From: a virus
Taxonomy: Duplodnaviria; Caudoviricetes
Length of the DNA stretch: 35,243 bases
IMG/VR virus record: IMGVR_UViG_3300043932_000168
Coordinates: 1 to 35,243 of that record
Strand: one strand, 5' to 3'
How positions within the stretch are numbered: the stretch's first letter is position 1; the number at the start of each line of letters is the position of its first letter. The notes beneath the pieces are model-generated. The model was not told the DNA's origin. It ran no database searches and saw nothing but the letters and a program-made list of their open reading frames with translations. Of this stretch, positions 1-10,216 are shown one piece after another. Position numbers and translations under genes: made by a program.

Positions 1-1451
1 TTATTTTTAATCAATGGCAATAAAACTTGTTCAATTCGATCAGCCATTAGCTCATAAGTCGCCTGTGTTGGGTGTAACTTATTATCGCCCAGTGTCGTTG
101 TCCGATTATCCGGCGTTACGATTGGATCATTGCGCCAGTCCAACGTGTAACAGCCGTTTGCTTGATAAGTCTTGAGCTCGGCATCACATAGCTGATTCTG
201 GCTGTAACCACCTTTGCCCACATCGTCCATGCTGTTGCCGACCAGAAACGACTGAATTGGGACAACACCAATAATAATCATTGCGCTATTATCGGTGCGT
301 AGCCGAGTGATTAGCGTTTGCAGTGCCTGTGTCACCTGATTAAGGTTATTAGTCGATAAATTTAAATCATTAGTGCCATACATTATGATTGCACAATCAT
401 AGTCAGTAAAATTGTTATTGGCTAAAATAGTGGCTGCATCATTGTTACGATTTCCGCTGACCTCACTACCACCTTGTGCCAAGTTTGTCACAGGTACGTT
501 GGTTGCATCTTGTATGAGCGCTGATAACGGTTTGGCAACCGTTTTACTGCCGTCCCAACCTTGAGCAATCGAATCACCCAGCATAACAAGCTTTTCTACC
601 GTGGCTTCTGTTTCTGGAAACAGTCCCATGTGACGGGCTTTAAAATCGTTAAACCCAATCACTTTCGGTGTTGTCCAGTTGGTCAGATTATCGGCTTTTG
701 CAACTGAATAGCACAACCCTGGTCGATCGCTAGTACCGTACGGATCAAAAAATAGATAAGCAAATTGACCATCAAAAATGAGCTCAGGTGCTTCAAATTG
801 AGTTTCGTTCGCCAAAATGCCCCGATAACTATTAATATTAGTTGTAATTTCGGTCCAACCATTTAAATAATTATCTGATTTAAAAAAATGTAACGCACTG
901 CCACCTGTATTTTTATCGTTATCGTCAGCCAGCCAAAGATAATAATTATTATCTATTAATGAAATGTTTGCATCTATTGGACTATTGATAGTTACCGGTA
1001 AGCTAACAATTTGATGTCTGTTACTGACCTGCATATTATCGCTTAAATCGGCTACATAAAGTTTGAAATGGTCAGCATTATTATCGCCGTTCGCAGTGGC
1101 TGAATACACTATGTGATGGCAATGATCGGCATCTTCAAAAAACTCACTAGCCCAAAGCATACCGTCATTATTTGCGAGATTTATGGTTATATTTTCCCAA
1201 TCAATAAAATCTTTTGTCGACCAGAGGGAATTGCCGCTTAGAAAATAATAAATCCCATTTTCTATCATTACAGACGGGTCACGGATTGATGCTGTTGGAT
1301 AATTTGCCCCTTCTAACGACCACCAATTCTGCAAATCATCAGATAAAATAACTCTTAATAACCCAGTACCGATATCAGTACCAGGGGCTGAATCAATAAA
1401 AACTGCGGCAGCATGTTTAGCCGCTTTAACTTGATCTAATAATGTTACCAT
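1..1451 (-). CDS. Tail-region protein with GH43-like five-bladed beta-propeller plus SGNH/GDSL hydrolase domain (3'-truncated by window edge)
   Basis: Manual translation from ATG at 1451 ([12 protein letters not shown]...), open to the window edge. Propeller motifs IRDPS, WASEF, PIDAN, FEAPE. SGNH blocks [23 protein letters not shown]. Absent from the ORF track because no stop codon is in the window. Confidence 0.85.
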   Translation of the reverse strand, partial: MVTLLDQVKAAKHAAAVFIDSAPGTDIGTGLLRVILSDDLQNWWSLEGANYPTASIRDPSVMIENGIYYFLSGNSLWSTKDFIDWENITINLANNDGMLWASEFFEDADHCHHIVYSATANGDNNADHFKLYVADLSDNMQVSNRHQIVSLPVTINSPIDANISLIDNNYYLWLADDNDKNTGGSALHFFKSDNYLNGWTEITTNINSYRGILANETQFEAPELIFDGQFAYLFFDPYGTSDRPGLCYSVAKADNLTNWTTPKVIGFNDFKARHMGLFPETEATVEKLVMLGDSIAQGWDGSKTVAKPLSALIQDATNVPVTNLAQGGSEVSGNRNNDAATILANNNFTDYDCAIIMYGTNDLNLSTNNLNQVTQALQTLITRLRTDNSAMIIIGVVPIQSFLVGNSMDDVGKGGYSQNQLCDAELKTYQANGCYTLDWRNDPIVTPDNRTTTLGDNKLHPTQATYELMADRIEQVLLPLIKN

Positions 1452-2272
1452 GTCGTCATCAACTCCCAAGCCGACCACGCGGTGTCAGATGTGCCAACAC
1501 GGATAAGCACAACCGGACGCGTTTGATTAATCAATTTGGCTGTCTGAAATACTGATCCGCCACTAAGATCACCCAAAGGAGTCTCAGTTGTCAAACTACA
1601 ATAAGCACCAAGTGTTTGACCAGATGGCATTAGCGCTTGTGTAATCCCAATAGCAGCTGTCTGTTTAAATTCAGTGACAACTTTTTTAGGGTTATTAGTC
1701 TGATACCAGATGGGTGATTGATTAGTTGATCGCGTATCTAATATTTGGCTAACTGCATTTTTCCCAGCGGGTCCTTGTGGACCTTGTGGCCCTGTAGCTC
1801 CGTCTTTACCAGCAACTCCTGTATCACCTTTTGGCCCAATAGGTCCTTGCGGACCAGTGTCACCTTTAGGACCAGCTGGACCAACTGGGCCTTGTGGACC
1901 AGTCGCACCTGTAGAACCGGTATCACCTTTGTCGCCTTTAAGACCTTGTGGTCCGGTGGCACCAGTATCACCTTTTGGACCCTGAGCACCTGTGTCGCCT
2001 TTAACACCTTGAATACCTTGAGCACCGGTATCGCCTTTGTCACCCTTGGGACCTTGAGGGCCAATTGCTCCAGTATTGCCGACCGCACCAGGCATGGCTA
2101 AAGACTGCCAGCAAGTCATGTCAGTAGGCACCTTGCCCGTGTTTGCTGCTAAGCAAATGTATGATCCGCCATTATAACTCACGATATCCAGCGGCACATA
2201 AGCCTTGGTTGCGCTGTACGCACCCTGTGCCACCGGCATAACACGACCTAAATCTTTTGTTGTACTTGCCAT
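1445..2272 (-). CDS. Collagen-like tail fibre/whisker protein
   Basis: 37 uninterrupted Gly-X-Y triplets between globular N- and C-terminal regions; lies downstream of the baseplate genes. Confidence 0.88.
   Translation of the reverse strand: MASTTKDLGRVMPVAQGAYSATKAYVPLDIVSYNGGSYICLAANTGKVPTDMTCWQSLAMPGAVGNTGAIGPQGPKGDKGDTGAQGIQGVKGDTGAQGPKGDTGATGPQGLKGDKGDTGSTGATGPQGPVGPAGPKGDTGPQGPIGPKGDTGVAGKDGATGPQGPQGPAGKNAVSQILDTRSTNQSPIWYQTNNPKKVVTEFKQTAAIGITQALMPSGQTLGAYCSLTTETPLGDLSGGSVFQTAKLINQTRPVVLIRVGTSDTAWSAWELMTTW
1757..2089 (-). repeat. Coding Gly-X-Y collagen repeat tract
   Basis: [12 protein letters not shown] triplets, residues 62-172. Confidence 0.95.
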
Positions 2273-2611
2273 TTAATCACTTCCTTCTATGGTTAAATCA
2301 CCATTGATCACGCTAATTTTAATTGACGCGATCACCTTGGCTGCAATCTGACTGACAATATCCTGTTCGGTGATGTCCGTGGTATTAAGCTGCAAATGGC
2401 CTGTTTTGACGTCAAGAGCTACAGACAGATGCTGCTGCACTACTGTCAATATTGCGTCCATTGTGATACTTAAAAATGTGTCACTGCTGCTGTCAGATGC
2501 TGCAATTAGATTATTGACATAATCGTCAAGCCCAGTGACCGCTTCGGGCGCTACTTCCGGATAAAATTGCTGTTGATTTGGGTAAAGCAGCGGAATAATA
2601 TCAATCGCCAC
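2273..2611 (-). CDS. Small baseplate/tail-associated hypothetical protein
   Basis: ORF track 2273..2677. An in-frame GTG at 2611 with GAGG upstream overlaps the previous stop and is the more plausible start. Confidence 0.65.
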   Translation of the reverse strand: MAIDIIPLLYPNQQQFYPEVAPEAVTGLDDYVNNLIAASDSSSDTFLSITMDAILTVVQQHLSVALDVKTGHLQLNTTDITEQDIVSQIAAKVIASIKISVINGDLTIEGSD

Positions 2612-3719
2612 CGACCTCACCCACTTTCTCGCCAAGCAAAATATTCGGTGCAAATACGCTTGCCTTATTTTTAACATTACTAACTGCCTGATTGATTTTT
2701 GCTGTCATGCTACGCTGATAGTCCAAAATTGTTTGCTCCGTATTATTCAAAATAATGTCAGTTCCTTGACTTGGATCGAACGGATACCATGTATAGCTCA
2801 TAACCTGAACATTTGTGACAAATGACTTAGGACGTATTTCAAGCCGTCTCACTTCACCAGCAATTGGTTTAACGTTTGTGCTAGCAATTACTTCAATTGT
2901 TAACGCCGGATTCGGCTGCAATTGGGACTTGGCATAGGCTTCCATTGATGCTGCACTCGTAAAACGATCGTCTGAAATATCGTCACCGATATGCAAGCCC
3001 CATTTTTTAATTGAATCATTATCAGACACCGTGATTGGATTAAAATAATAGCTAACCACATCATTATCAGTTCCGATGTCCTTTTCTTTGCCATACGCCT
3101 TAACTTGATTAACCAATGCCTGACTATCATTCGTAATCTTCACTTCGTTAGAATTATTTGGATAATCCAAACGCCCGCCTAAGCTTTGCTTAAACGCTTC
3201 GCCTGAATACACTTGAATGATTTTATTATCTGGAAAAACCACCGCATCCGGCCACGTCTCTAGAATTTTACTCAAGCAATCCTTGCCACTGCTGTTGCCT
3301 AAATCAGTGATCACTTGTTTGTCAAAAGTACCGTAAACCCGATAAGCAAAGCCATACGTATTATCCTTAAAATAAAAATCAAGCACATCTGTAACGCTAT
3401 AAGTTTTGTCGCCAGTATTGACGTTCCGTTGCCGAATTCGGCTCACTTCGTTATAAACATGCATACACGTGATCTGTTTAGTCTCAATTCCGCCAACAAT
3501 ATCAGGCTCATTGGTTTTAACGATATATTCTTGACCGTCAAAAAAGACGCTGGCTTCAACGCCTAGCATCTCATAAGCCTCGCTGCGATCATCCCAAGCC
3601 GTAAACTGTACTTGATAAGTACTATTTTGTTCCCACTGGACCTGAAAGCTATTGAATAGAATGCAATTCAATGGCTCTTTATCGGCGCTATTCAGGCCCT
3701 TTACAAGAACTTTATCCAA
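2601..3719 (-). CDS. Baseplate hub / Tal-like tail protein (prophage tail endopeptidase-type structural domain)
   Basis: Follows Dit and is about 370 aa, typical of a short Tal. Probable TTG start at 3719 overlaps the Dit stop (track start 3752). Confidence 0.8.
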   Translation of the reverse strand: MDKVLVKGLNSADKEPLNCILFNSFQVQWEQNSTYQVQFTAWDDRSEAYEMLGVEASVFFDGQEYIVKTNEPDIVGGIETKQITCMHVYNEVSRIRQRNVNTGDKTYSVTDVLDFYFKDNTYGFAYRVYGTFDKQVITDLGNSSGKDCLSKILETWPDAVVFPDNKIIQVYSGEAFKQSLGGRLDYPNNSNEVKITNDSQALVNQVKAYGKEKDIGTDNDVVSYYFNPITVSDNDSIKKWGLHIGDDISDDRFTSAASMEAYAKSQLQPNPALTIEVIASTNVKPIAGEVRRLEIRPKSFVTNVQVMSYTWYPFDPSQGTDIILNNTEQTILDYQRSMTAKINQAVSNVKNKASVFAPNILLGEKVGEVGGD

Positions 3720-4548
3720 TGTAAATAAACGGGAAACTAAAAGTAATATCAACGTCGGTTGCGCCGGTAACCGAAATTGAATTCCAACCAGTATTTAGCG
3801 TAATGTTGCCATAATCGGTATTTACACTAGCTGACTTACCATTGAGTGTTGTATTAATTCCGTCTAAGATAATAACATCACTCTTAGCCGCAGCCTTTTT
3901 ATAAGACCAACTTGTGCCATTAGTCGTATTAGTCAGTGTCAATGAACTGCCGGAGAACTTGATTGTGATCCGTAAATCATGTCGCTGTTCATAAGGCTGT
4001 ATGGCAATATCGCTTGGATTAAACACCTGAAAACTTGTGCCTGTGAAATGATAACTTAAATCCTTATTTGTCGGTAAATACATTCCCATTTGCACCGCCT
4101 CATTATCAGTACTAATTTCATCGCTTCGCGCTAATGAATATTTATAACCACTGGGGTTATCAAACGGAATTGTAAACTTACTGTCATTAGCAAAGTCTTC
4201 CGTTGGAGTGATATCAAATGGCGTCGCCACCACATATTTAACTAGTGCTGGTTCGGCATCTGTCCTAATTCGTAATGATCGGCGATTACTGAATAGCCGA
4301 TAAACTTCATGCTTTGCCAACATGAAATCGTAATACGATTTATAGCGCAGATAAAAATTAGCATTGACTGTACTCTTATCAAAATTAGCAGCCACTAATG
4401 TTTGTCCGTCAACACCAGTATTTTGCTGGTAAGTGTTAAGCAGATTAGGTGACGTAGAATCACCTAAGAACTCCAATCCATTAATGACAGCTGACACCTC
4501 AATTTCGGCATCGTTGCCAGCCTTAACATATAGTTTTGGCTTTCCCAT
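3712..4548 (-). CDS. Distal tail protein (Dit)
   Basis: Immediately after TMP; C-terminal ITLNTGWNSISV...FSFPFIY pattern typical of Dit; AGGAGG RBS. Confidence 0.85.
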   Translation of the reverse strand: MGKPKLYVKAGNDAEIEVSAVINGLEFLGDSTSPNLLNTYQQNTGVDGQTLVAANFDKSTVNANFYLRYKSYYDFMLAKHEVYRLFSNRRSLRIRTDAEPALVKYVVATPFDITPTEDFANDSKFTIPFDNPSGYKYSLARSDEISTDNEAVQMGMYLPTNKDLSYHFTGTSFQVFNPSDIAIQPYEQRHDLRITIKFSGSSLTLTNTTNGTSWSYKKAAAKSDVIILDGINTTLNGKSASVNTDYGNITLNTGWNSISVTGATDVDITFSFPFIYIG

Positions 4549-4563
4549 AAATCTCTACACCTC

Positions 4564-7500
4564 CTAACGCAATGACTGACTAGTTTTATAACCTTGATCA
4601 CGTGCTTGTTGCCGATATAATTGATCCTTGCTAAAAGCAGATTGCTGAATAGCCTTGACTTGTGCCACATTGACACCCAGTAATTGTGATAATGAGTTGT
4701 TAAGGCTAGTTAAGCCAGCGATAACAGCTTGCAATTGTTTAGTGCTGCCGTCAGAAGAGCTAGTGACCACATTATTAGCACCGTCTTGACCCTTGAAATA
4801 GTCAAGAGACTGCTGCATTACTTGATAAGCGCGGGATCGTTTAGACAAATCAAGAGGGACAACTGCTTCTGGTAAATTTCCTTCGGCAATTGGAGCAATT
4901 TGCGCCTGAGTAACAATGCCACCATTCGCATAACCATGACCATTACCTAAGAAGCCTAGACCTGCGCCATAACGTGCTTTTGCATAATGCAATGCAGCCA
5001 ATAAATTATCGTAGCCATTAAATATATCACCATGACCTGGAAATGCATTAGCAGTAAATGTTCCACGCTTTGTTTGCATTAACCCCATTGCTGGTCCAGA
5101 ACCATCACCATCAGGATCGGCACCAGGTTGTACTGCTTTAGGATTACCTGTCGATTCAGTAATAATCTGTCGCAAAACTCGTTGAATCATTGCCTGACTC
5201 GTGCTTAGACCATTAGCCTTTAAAGCGTCTTTGACTTGGTCTTTCCAACGTTGCACACCAGAACCACTCGGGGCACCTTTTCCTCCACCAGCGTCACCAA
5301 TTGCATCAGAAGCAGACTTAATTAATTTCTTAAGTGCATCAGCAATACTAGTAATCGATTTGTCAACCATTCCCTTTGAAGTGCCCCGCTGCATGCTCCC
5401 AACACCAGAAACACTATTAATGTTAAAAGTTTTTGCAGCTAAATCTTCTAGTGCCTTTTTAGGGTTAGTGATTTTGCTTAAAGCATCACTAGCCGCGTCA
5501 GAAACATCGTCAAATACATCAGAAGCACCACTTTTAATTTTGCTTAAAAATTCAGCTATGCCAGTCGTTCCCTTGGCATAACCAGGTAGATTTCGTCCAT
5601 AATTTCCTGCTAAAACTTTTTGGGTATCCTGAGCATTTAGAATCTGATCGCCAGGTTTAACATCGATAAATTCTGGGCCATGTGCACCAATTAAATCAAC
5701 GGTTCCAGACCATGGCTGATATTTAAGTTCCACACCAGCTTCACCAACTAGCGCTTTGCTAGCTTTAGTAATTCCGCCACCAGTTGCATAGGCTCCGGAT
5801 GTTGCTCGCGTATAGGCAAAGCTTGACGCTCCAGCGTCAATTGATTTAACGCCAAAAGGTTTGGTTAACGTGTTAAAAAAGTTAGCAATCGCAGTCCAAA
5901 TACTATGAGTGCCTTCACCCTGCTTCTTGTTGGCTTCCATGGAACTGTTTGCTTGATTTGTTGAGTGATCAACAACACCTTTTGATTGAGCACTTGCTTG
6001 ATCAACTACTTGCTTACGTTGACGTTTTGACTTTTCAACAGCATTACTCCGCTGATTTTCGGCCTTGTCAACCACCTGTTTACGTTGGTCTTCAGCATGT
6101 TGTTCAGTCCTGTTTGCTTGTTCTTCTGCAGATTTAATTGTTGAATCGCGTTGCTGTTCAGCTTTCTTTTTAACATCGGCACGCTGCTGTTCGGCCCACT
6201 TGCTATTACCTTTGTACTGATTATTAGCTGCAGAAACGGTGTCCTTATACTGTTTATTAGCAGCATTGCGAACATCACCTAGTTGGCGTTCGGCAGCCTT
6301 AACTACTTTATCATGAGTATTATTAGCTGCAGAAACTCGCTTGTTATATTCCTGATTAGCAAGATTGACCGTCTGCTTATATTCCTTTTCAGCAGTATTA
6401 ACTGCGGTCTGTAACTGTTTATTACTTAGTTTTCCCTTATCAGCATTAAGCTTTTTAATAATTGCTTCTTGTTTATTAGATGCTTGCTGAATTTTCCCAT
6501 TTAGAGTGGTATAAAGCTTAGCTTCTTTAACTGTAGTCTGGGTGGAAAATTTTAATTTTTGCTGATCAAGTGCCTTGGACTTTTTGTTTTCATCAGCTTT
6601 GATTGCCACTACTTTTTTAGCCTGATCTTTTTGAACTTTCTCGGAATTAGCACCATATTTTGAAGTGTCTTTTAAAATCTGGTTATCCCATTTTTTCTTG
6701 TCCGAAGCAATCTTTTTATTCCAAGTTGTCTCTAACTTAGCTCTTGATTGAGCATAATATTTAGTGATGGCATTGCGATCGGCTTGCGACAACTTTTCAA
6801 GCTTTGACGCCTGTTTGCTTTCATCGCCAATTGCTTTCAATCGTTTCTGATATTCAGCTTTGGTTAAATCACCGTTTTTATAGAGCAAAGCAATATCTGC
6901 CTTGTCCTGCTTTTGCTTAGCCGAGTAATACTTTTTGGCTTCAGCCGTCAGCTGAGAGTAAGCTTTTTTAGAGCTTTCAGCTTCAACCTTGATTTTCGGT
7001 GTTTTTGCTTGTTTAAAAGCTTTGGCTAAGCCTTTAGTGATTTTTTGTGCAGTTTTAGTACTACCCAATTGATCACCAATACTAGCACCAATCATGGCAC
7101 CAGTTGGGCCACCAATAGCACCAATTGCACCACCAATTACGGTACCAGCTGTTTTACCAACAGCCTTATATTTATCCTGAGCCTTGCCGGAGCCAACTGC
7201 TTTGGCAATTGACGACCCAGCGTCCCAAGCAGTAAGTGCTAGACCAGCGCCGTTGATCAAGCGCCCACCCAATGATTTGCCTAATAAATTCCACTTACTG
7301 CCACTTTTAGTAACAGCCTTTTCGGCATCACCAACTAGGCCGGCACCGCCAGTAGTACTACTAGATACCGTGGCAGCAGTGTTTTCAATTTCACCAACGC
7401 CTTTTTCGGCGGTAGAAGTAACACTACCAGTAGAACCGGCCTGAGCTGCTTCTAATTTAGCTTTAGCATTAGCCGCATAAGCAGCGGTTTGAGTGTCAAC

Positions 7501-9552
7501 TAACTCTGTTTCAGCAGCGATCCGCTTTGATTCGCGTGACTGGATAGCACCAAGCTCAACCAAAGAGCTTTTAAACTTAGCCATCTTATTAATTGTCCAA
7601 ATAGCAGCTAATGCAATTCCAATATCCTTAATTTCTTTGGTGTGTTTTGCTGCAAAAACACCAGCCTTTTCAATTTCACCGGCAACCTTAGCAGTATCTT
7701 TTGCTGCTTTTTCAACATCATCATGGAAACTCTTTTTGGAAAATAATTTAGACAATCGGTTAGCGGCGTCGGTCATGTATGGCAGAAGTTTGGATCCAAA
7801 CATAATAGTCAAATCTGACCAAGCCTGTTTAAATCTAGCTTCTGACATTTGTGCTGTTTGACTGTTCTTGTTGGCAAGTTCTTGTACATATTTGCCCTTG
7901 TCGCCAGCCTCTTGTGTTTTCTTCGCTAAATCGCCAAGTTCTTTATTATTTTGAGCTAAAATAATACCTGCTTGTTGGCCAGTTGTCCCAAATAATTGAT
8001 TGAACACAACATTTTTTCTTTGTGTTCCCATATTCTTGGTGTGATCGTTGATTACCGCCATCATTTTATCTAAGCTTTTTAGGTTACCGTTAGCATCGAC
8101 CAAATCAGATTTATTAATACCTAACGGCGTTAAAATATCACCCTTGCTGCCAATTTTGCCGATATCTTGACCTAAACTGATTAAAACTTTTCTTAGTCCA
8201 GTACCAGCTTTATCGGCTTCAAGACCATGGTTACTTAATTCACCAATAGCTGATGATGCCATAGAAAGCGGAACTTTCATGGAGTTTGCCGTATCACCGA
8301 CGTACTCCATCGCTTTACCAGTAGATTGGAAAGAAGTGGCAGTCATATCAGAAGCGTAAGCCAATTCATTAACAGCCATTCGTGTGTTTTTGGTCATTTT
8401 GGCAGTGTTATTTGTTCGCATGCCAAAAGCATCGACGGTTTGGCTGGCAACCGAAACGACATCGCTAAAGTCATCGCCACTGGCTACAGATGCTTGAAGT
8501 TCTGAACGCATCGCGCCTAAAGCTTCTTTTGACGTGTAGCCACGCTTGATCAATTCTTGATATTGGTCAGCAATATCTTTTTGTGACTTGCCGTACTTAA
8601 TAGAATACTTCTCACCATCGGCCTGCATTTGCGAAACATTTTTTGTAGCCTCAGCAGCTTTTTCTCCGCCAGTAATAAGTAAGTTGGTTGTTTGTTTATA
8701 ACTATTTTGCAATGTCGATGCTTTTTTTGCACCGGACAATGCAGCAGCGCCAACTAGTGCAATACCACCAGAAGCGACAACAGCCGCATTTTTGACACCA
8801 CTAAGTCCCGACTTAACCTTATCAGTAGCTAGTGTGGCATTATCTCGTGCTTTAGCCCCAATGGTTGACATACCGCCAACAGAACTGTTAACTTTTCTAA
8901 TTTCAGCTTCATTTAACTTGTACTTAGCAGTTAAGTCACTGACACGGATAGATTGTTCTTGCGCATCTTTTGAAGCAGAGCCATATTTGGCAGACAATTC
9001 CGCCATACGTGTTTTTTCGGCAGACAACTGAGCCTTCATTCGCTCGTGAACACTGACTAGTCCAGTCAGCTTAACCTTTTGAGCTTCATAATTCCGACCT
9101 TGAGCTTCTAAAGCAGACACATTGCTTTTGGCAGAGCGTTCTTCTAATTCAGTTGCCTCTTTTAATTTCAGAATTCCAGAGCGCTGTAAATCTAATGACT
9201 TAGCCGCCCGCTCTTGTTGTGCTTGTAAATTGGAAATTGATCGTTTGGCTGATTCAATTTGGTTTTCATATTTAATATATGATTGCCGACCTTTTTCAGT
9301 TGATTGATCTAGCCCATTTTGCTTTTCACGCAATTTATCAATAACGAGATTCTGCGCGTCAATTGCCTTGCCCGCATCTTTAACCTTTTGGGCATAGGCG
9401 GCCATCACACCTTCGCCAGATTTAATTTCAGTGAAGTTGCTTTGCATCGCCGACTTTAAAAGTTTAGCTTCGTCACGAAGTGTTTTTAAGGCGCGGGTCA
9501 TGCCGCCATCGTTTAAATCAATGGCAAATTGATAACCTTGAATTTGTTCCAC
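4564..9552 (-). CDS. Tape measure protein with C-terminal lytic transglycosylase (SLT-like) domain
   Basis: 1662 aa, Ala/Lys-rich helical protein with TP901-type core (EADKAGTGLRKVL); SLT motifs TESTGNP, GLMQ, NLLAALHY. Confidence 0.95.
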   Translation of the reverse strand: MEQIQGYQFAIDLNDGGMTRALKTLRDEAKLLKSAMQSNFTEIKSGEGVMAAYAQKVKDAGKAIDAQNLVIDKLREKQNGLDQSTEKGRQSYIKYENQIESAKRSISNLQAQQERAAKSLDLQRSGILKLKEATELEERSAKSNVSALEAQGRNYEAQKVKLTGLVSVHERMKAQLSAEKTRMAELSAKYGSASKDAQEQSIRVSDLTAKYKLNEAEIRKVNSSVGGMSTIGAKARDNATLATDKVKSGLSGVKNAAVVASGGIALVGAAALSGAKKASTLQNSYKQTTNLLITGGEKAAEATKNVSQMQADGEKYSIKYGKSQKDIADQYQELIKRGYTSKEALGAMRSELQASVASGDDFSDVVSVASQTVDAFGMRTNNTAKMTKNTRMAVNELAYASDMTATSFQSTGKAMEYVGDTANSMKVPLSMASSAIGELSNHGLEADKAGTGLRKVLISLGQDIGKIGSKGDILTPLGINKSDLVDANGNLKSLDKMMAVINDHTKNMGTQRKNVVFNQLFGTTGQQAGIILAQNNKELGDLAKKTQEAGDKGKYVQELANKNSQTAQMSEARFKQAWSDLTIMFGSKLLPYMTDAANRLSKLFSKKSFHDDVEKAAKDTAKVAGEIEKAGVFAAKHTKEIKDIGIALAAIWTINKMAKFKSSLVELGAIQSRESKRIAAETELVDTQTAAYAANAKAKLEAAQAGSTGSVTSTAEKGVGEIENTAATVSSSTTGGAGLVGDAEKAVTKSGSKWNLLGKSLGGRLINGAGLALTAWDAGSSIAKAVGSGKAQDKYKAVGKTAGTVIGGAIGAIGGPTGAMIGASIGDQLGSTKTAQKITKGLAKAFKQAKTPKIKVEAESSKKAYSQLTAEAKKYYSAKQKQDKADIALLYKNGDLTKAEYQKRLKAIGDESKQASKLEKLSQADRNAITKYYAQSRAKLETTWNKKIASDKKKWDNQILKDTSKYGANSEKVQKDQAKKVVAIKADENKKSKALDQQKLKFSTQTTVKEAKLYTTLNGKIQQASNKQEAIIKKLNADKGKLSNKQLQTAVNTAEKEYKQTVNLANQEYNKRVSAANNTHDKVVKAAERQLGDVRNAANKQYKDTVSAANNQYKGNSKWAEQQRADVKKKAEQQRDSTIKSAEEQANRTEQHAEDQRKQVVDKAENQRSNAVEKSKRQRKQVVDQASAQSKGVVDHSTNQANSSMEANKKQGEGTHSIWTAIANFFNTLTKPFGVKSIDAGASSFAYTRATSGAYATGGGITKASKALVGEAGVELKYQPWSGTVDLIGAHGPEFIDVKPGDQILNAQDTQKVLAGNYGRNLPGYAKGTTGIAEFLSKIKSGASDVFDDVSDAASDALSKITNPKKALEDLAAKTFNINSVSGVGSMQRGTSKGMVDKSITSIADALKKLIKSASDAIGDAGGGKGAPSGSGVQRWKDQVKDALKANGLSTSQAMIQRVLRQIITESTGNPKAVQPGADPDGDGSGPAMGLMQTKRGTFTANAFPGHGDIFNGYDNLLAALHYAKARYGAGLGFLGNGHGYANGGIVTQAQIAPIAEGNLPEAVVPLDLSKRSRAYQVMQQSLDYFKGQDGANNVVTSSSDGSTKQLQAVIAGLTSLNNSLSQLLGVNVAQVKAIQQSAFSKDQLYRQQARDQGYKTSQSLR

Positions 9553-9569
9553 TGTGATTTACCTCCCTT

Positions 9570-9782
9570 TTAAATAGCCCCAATTTGGCGTGCAAGCTCA
9601 AACGGATCTTGAATACGGTCTTTACGTGATTTTGCTTTCAAAGCATCCTGCATATCACTAAACGAGCTGTCATAAAACTGCTGTGGCAAAATGCCTTGTT
9701 CCAAAAATTGTTGCGCCATGTAATCAATATCTTGGATAAAATTACCTAACTGCCAAGCTAGTCTTCGTCTGGCAATTTTGGG
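9570..9782 (-). CDS. gpT-like C-terminal part of tail assembly chaperone, reached by -1 frameshift
   Basis: Slippery C CCA AAA at 9776-9782. The -1 frame is open (KIARRRLAWQLGNFIQDIDYMAQQF...RQIGAI) to TAA at 9570-9572, just before the TMP RBS. Confidence 0.85.
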   Translation of the reverse strand, partial: PKIARRRLAWQLGNFIQDIDYMAQQFLEQGILPQQFYDSSFSDMQDALKAKSRKDRIQDPFELARQIGAI

Positions 9783-10144
9783 TCTGTTTCTTCCTCATTT
9801 TCCGTGTCATCGTCATCCAATGTTGGCAATAAAATACCTAAGAACTGGGTCAAAAAATCATTAAAAATAGCATATTGATCACTGTAAGATTGGTTTTCTA
9901 ATCCAGCCTTTTCCTTCGCTGATAATTCAGCAATATCAGCGATTGTATTTGCAATTTCTGCTGTCATCATGGGCTGATTACCGACTAATTCTGAAATACT
10001 GTCATCATCACCTGTATTAAATTTTTCAATTAATGCTTGGTAATGTTTGGCTGTTTTCTTTACATTTTTAGTCGAGTCAATAATTTTAAAATTCTTGCCA
10101 TCAATCCCGATTGTGCTTCCATCAAATTCAACGTATTTTGCCAT
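9758..10144 (-). CDS. Tail assembly chaperone (gpG-like)
   Basis: Between major tail protein and TMP; acidic C-terminus ending DPK over the slippery site. Confidence 0.85.
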   Translation of the reverse strand: MAKYVEFDGSTIGIDGKNFKIIDSTKNVKKTAKHYQALIEKFNTGDDDSISELVGNQPMMTAEIANTIADIAELSAKEKAGLENQSYSDQYAIFNDFLTQFLGILLPTLDDDDTENEEETDPKLPDED

Positions 10145-10216
10145 TCTGTTTTACCCTCCTAATCAGCCGCCCCATTCAGGTATTGTGATTTTCTTTGGCG
10201 ACTTTAAATCAATGAG

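Noticed and set aside
1738-2101. Alternative-frame ORFs over the collagen tract
   Set aside because: Stop-free shadows of repetitive codons
1-4548. Diversity-generating retroelement or invertible tail-fibre cassette
   Set aside because: No reverse transcriptase, invertase or template/variable repeat pair seen in the window
5201-9307. Antisense and out-of-frame ORFs inside the tape measure gene
   Set aside because: Shadow ORFs of a long biased gene; the same applies to those within the capsid, portal, terL, cI, thsA and int
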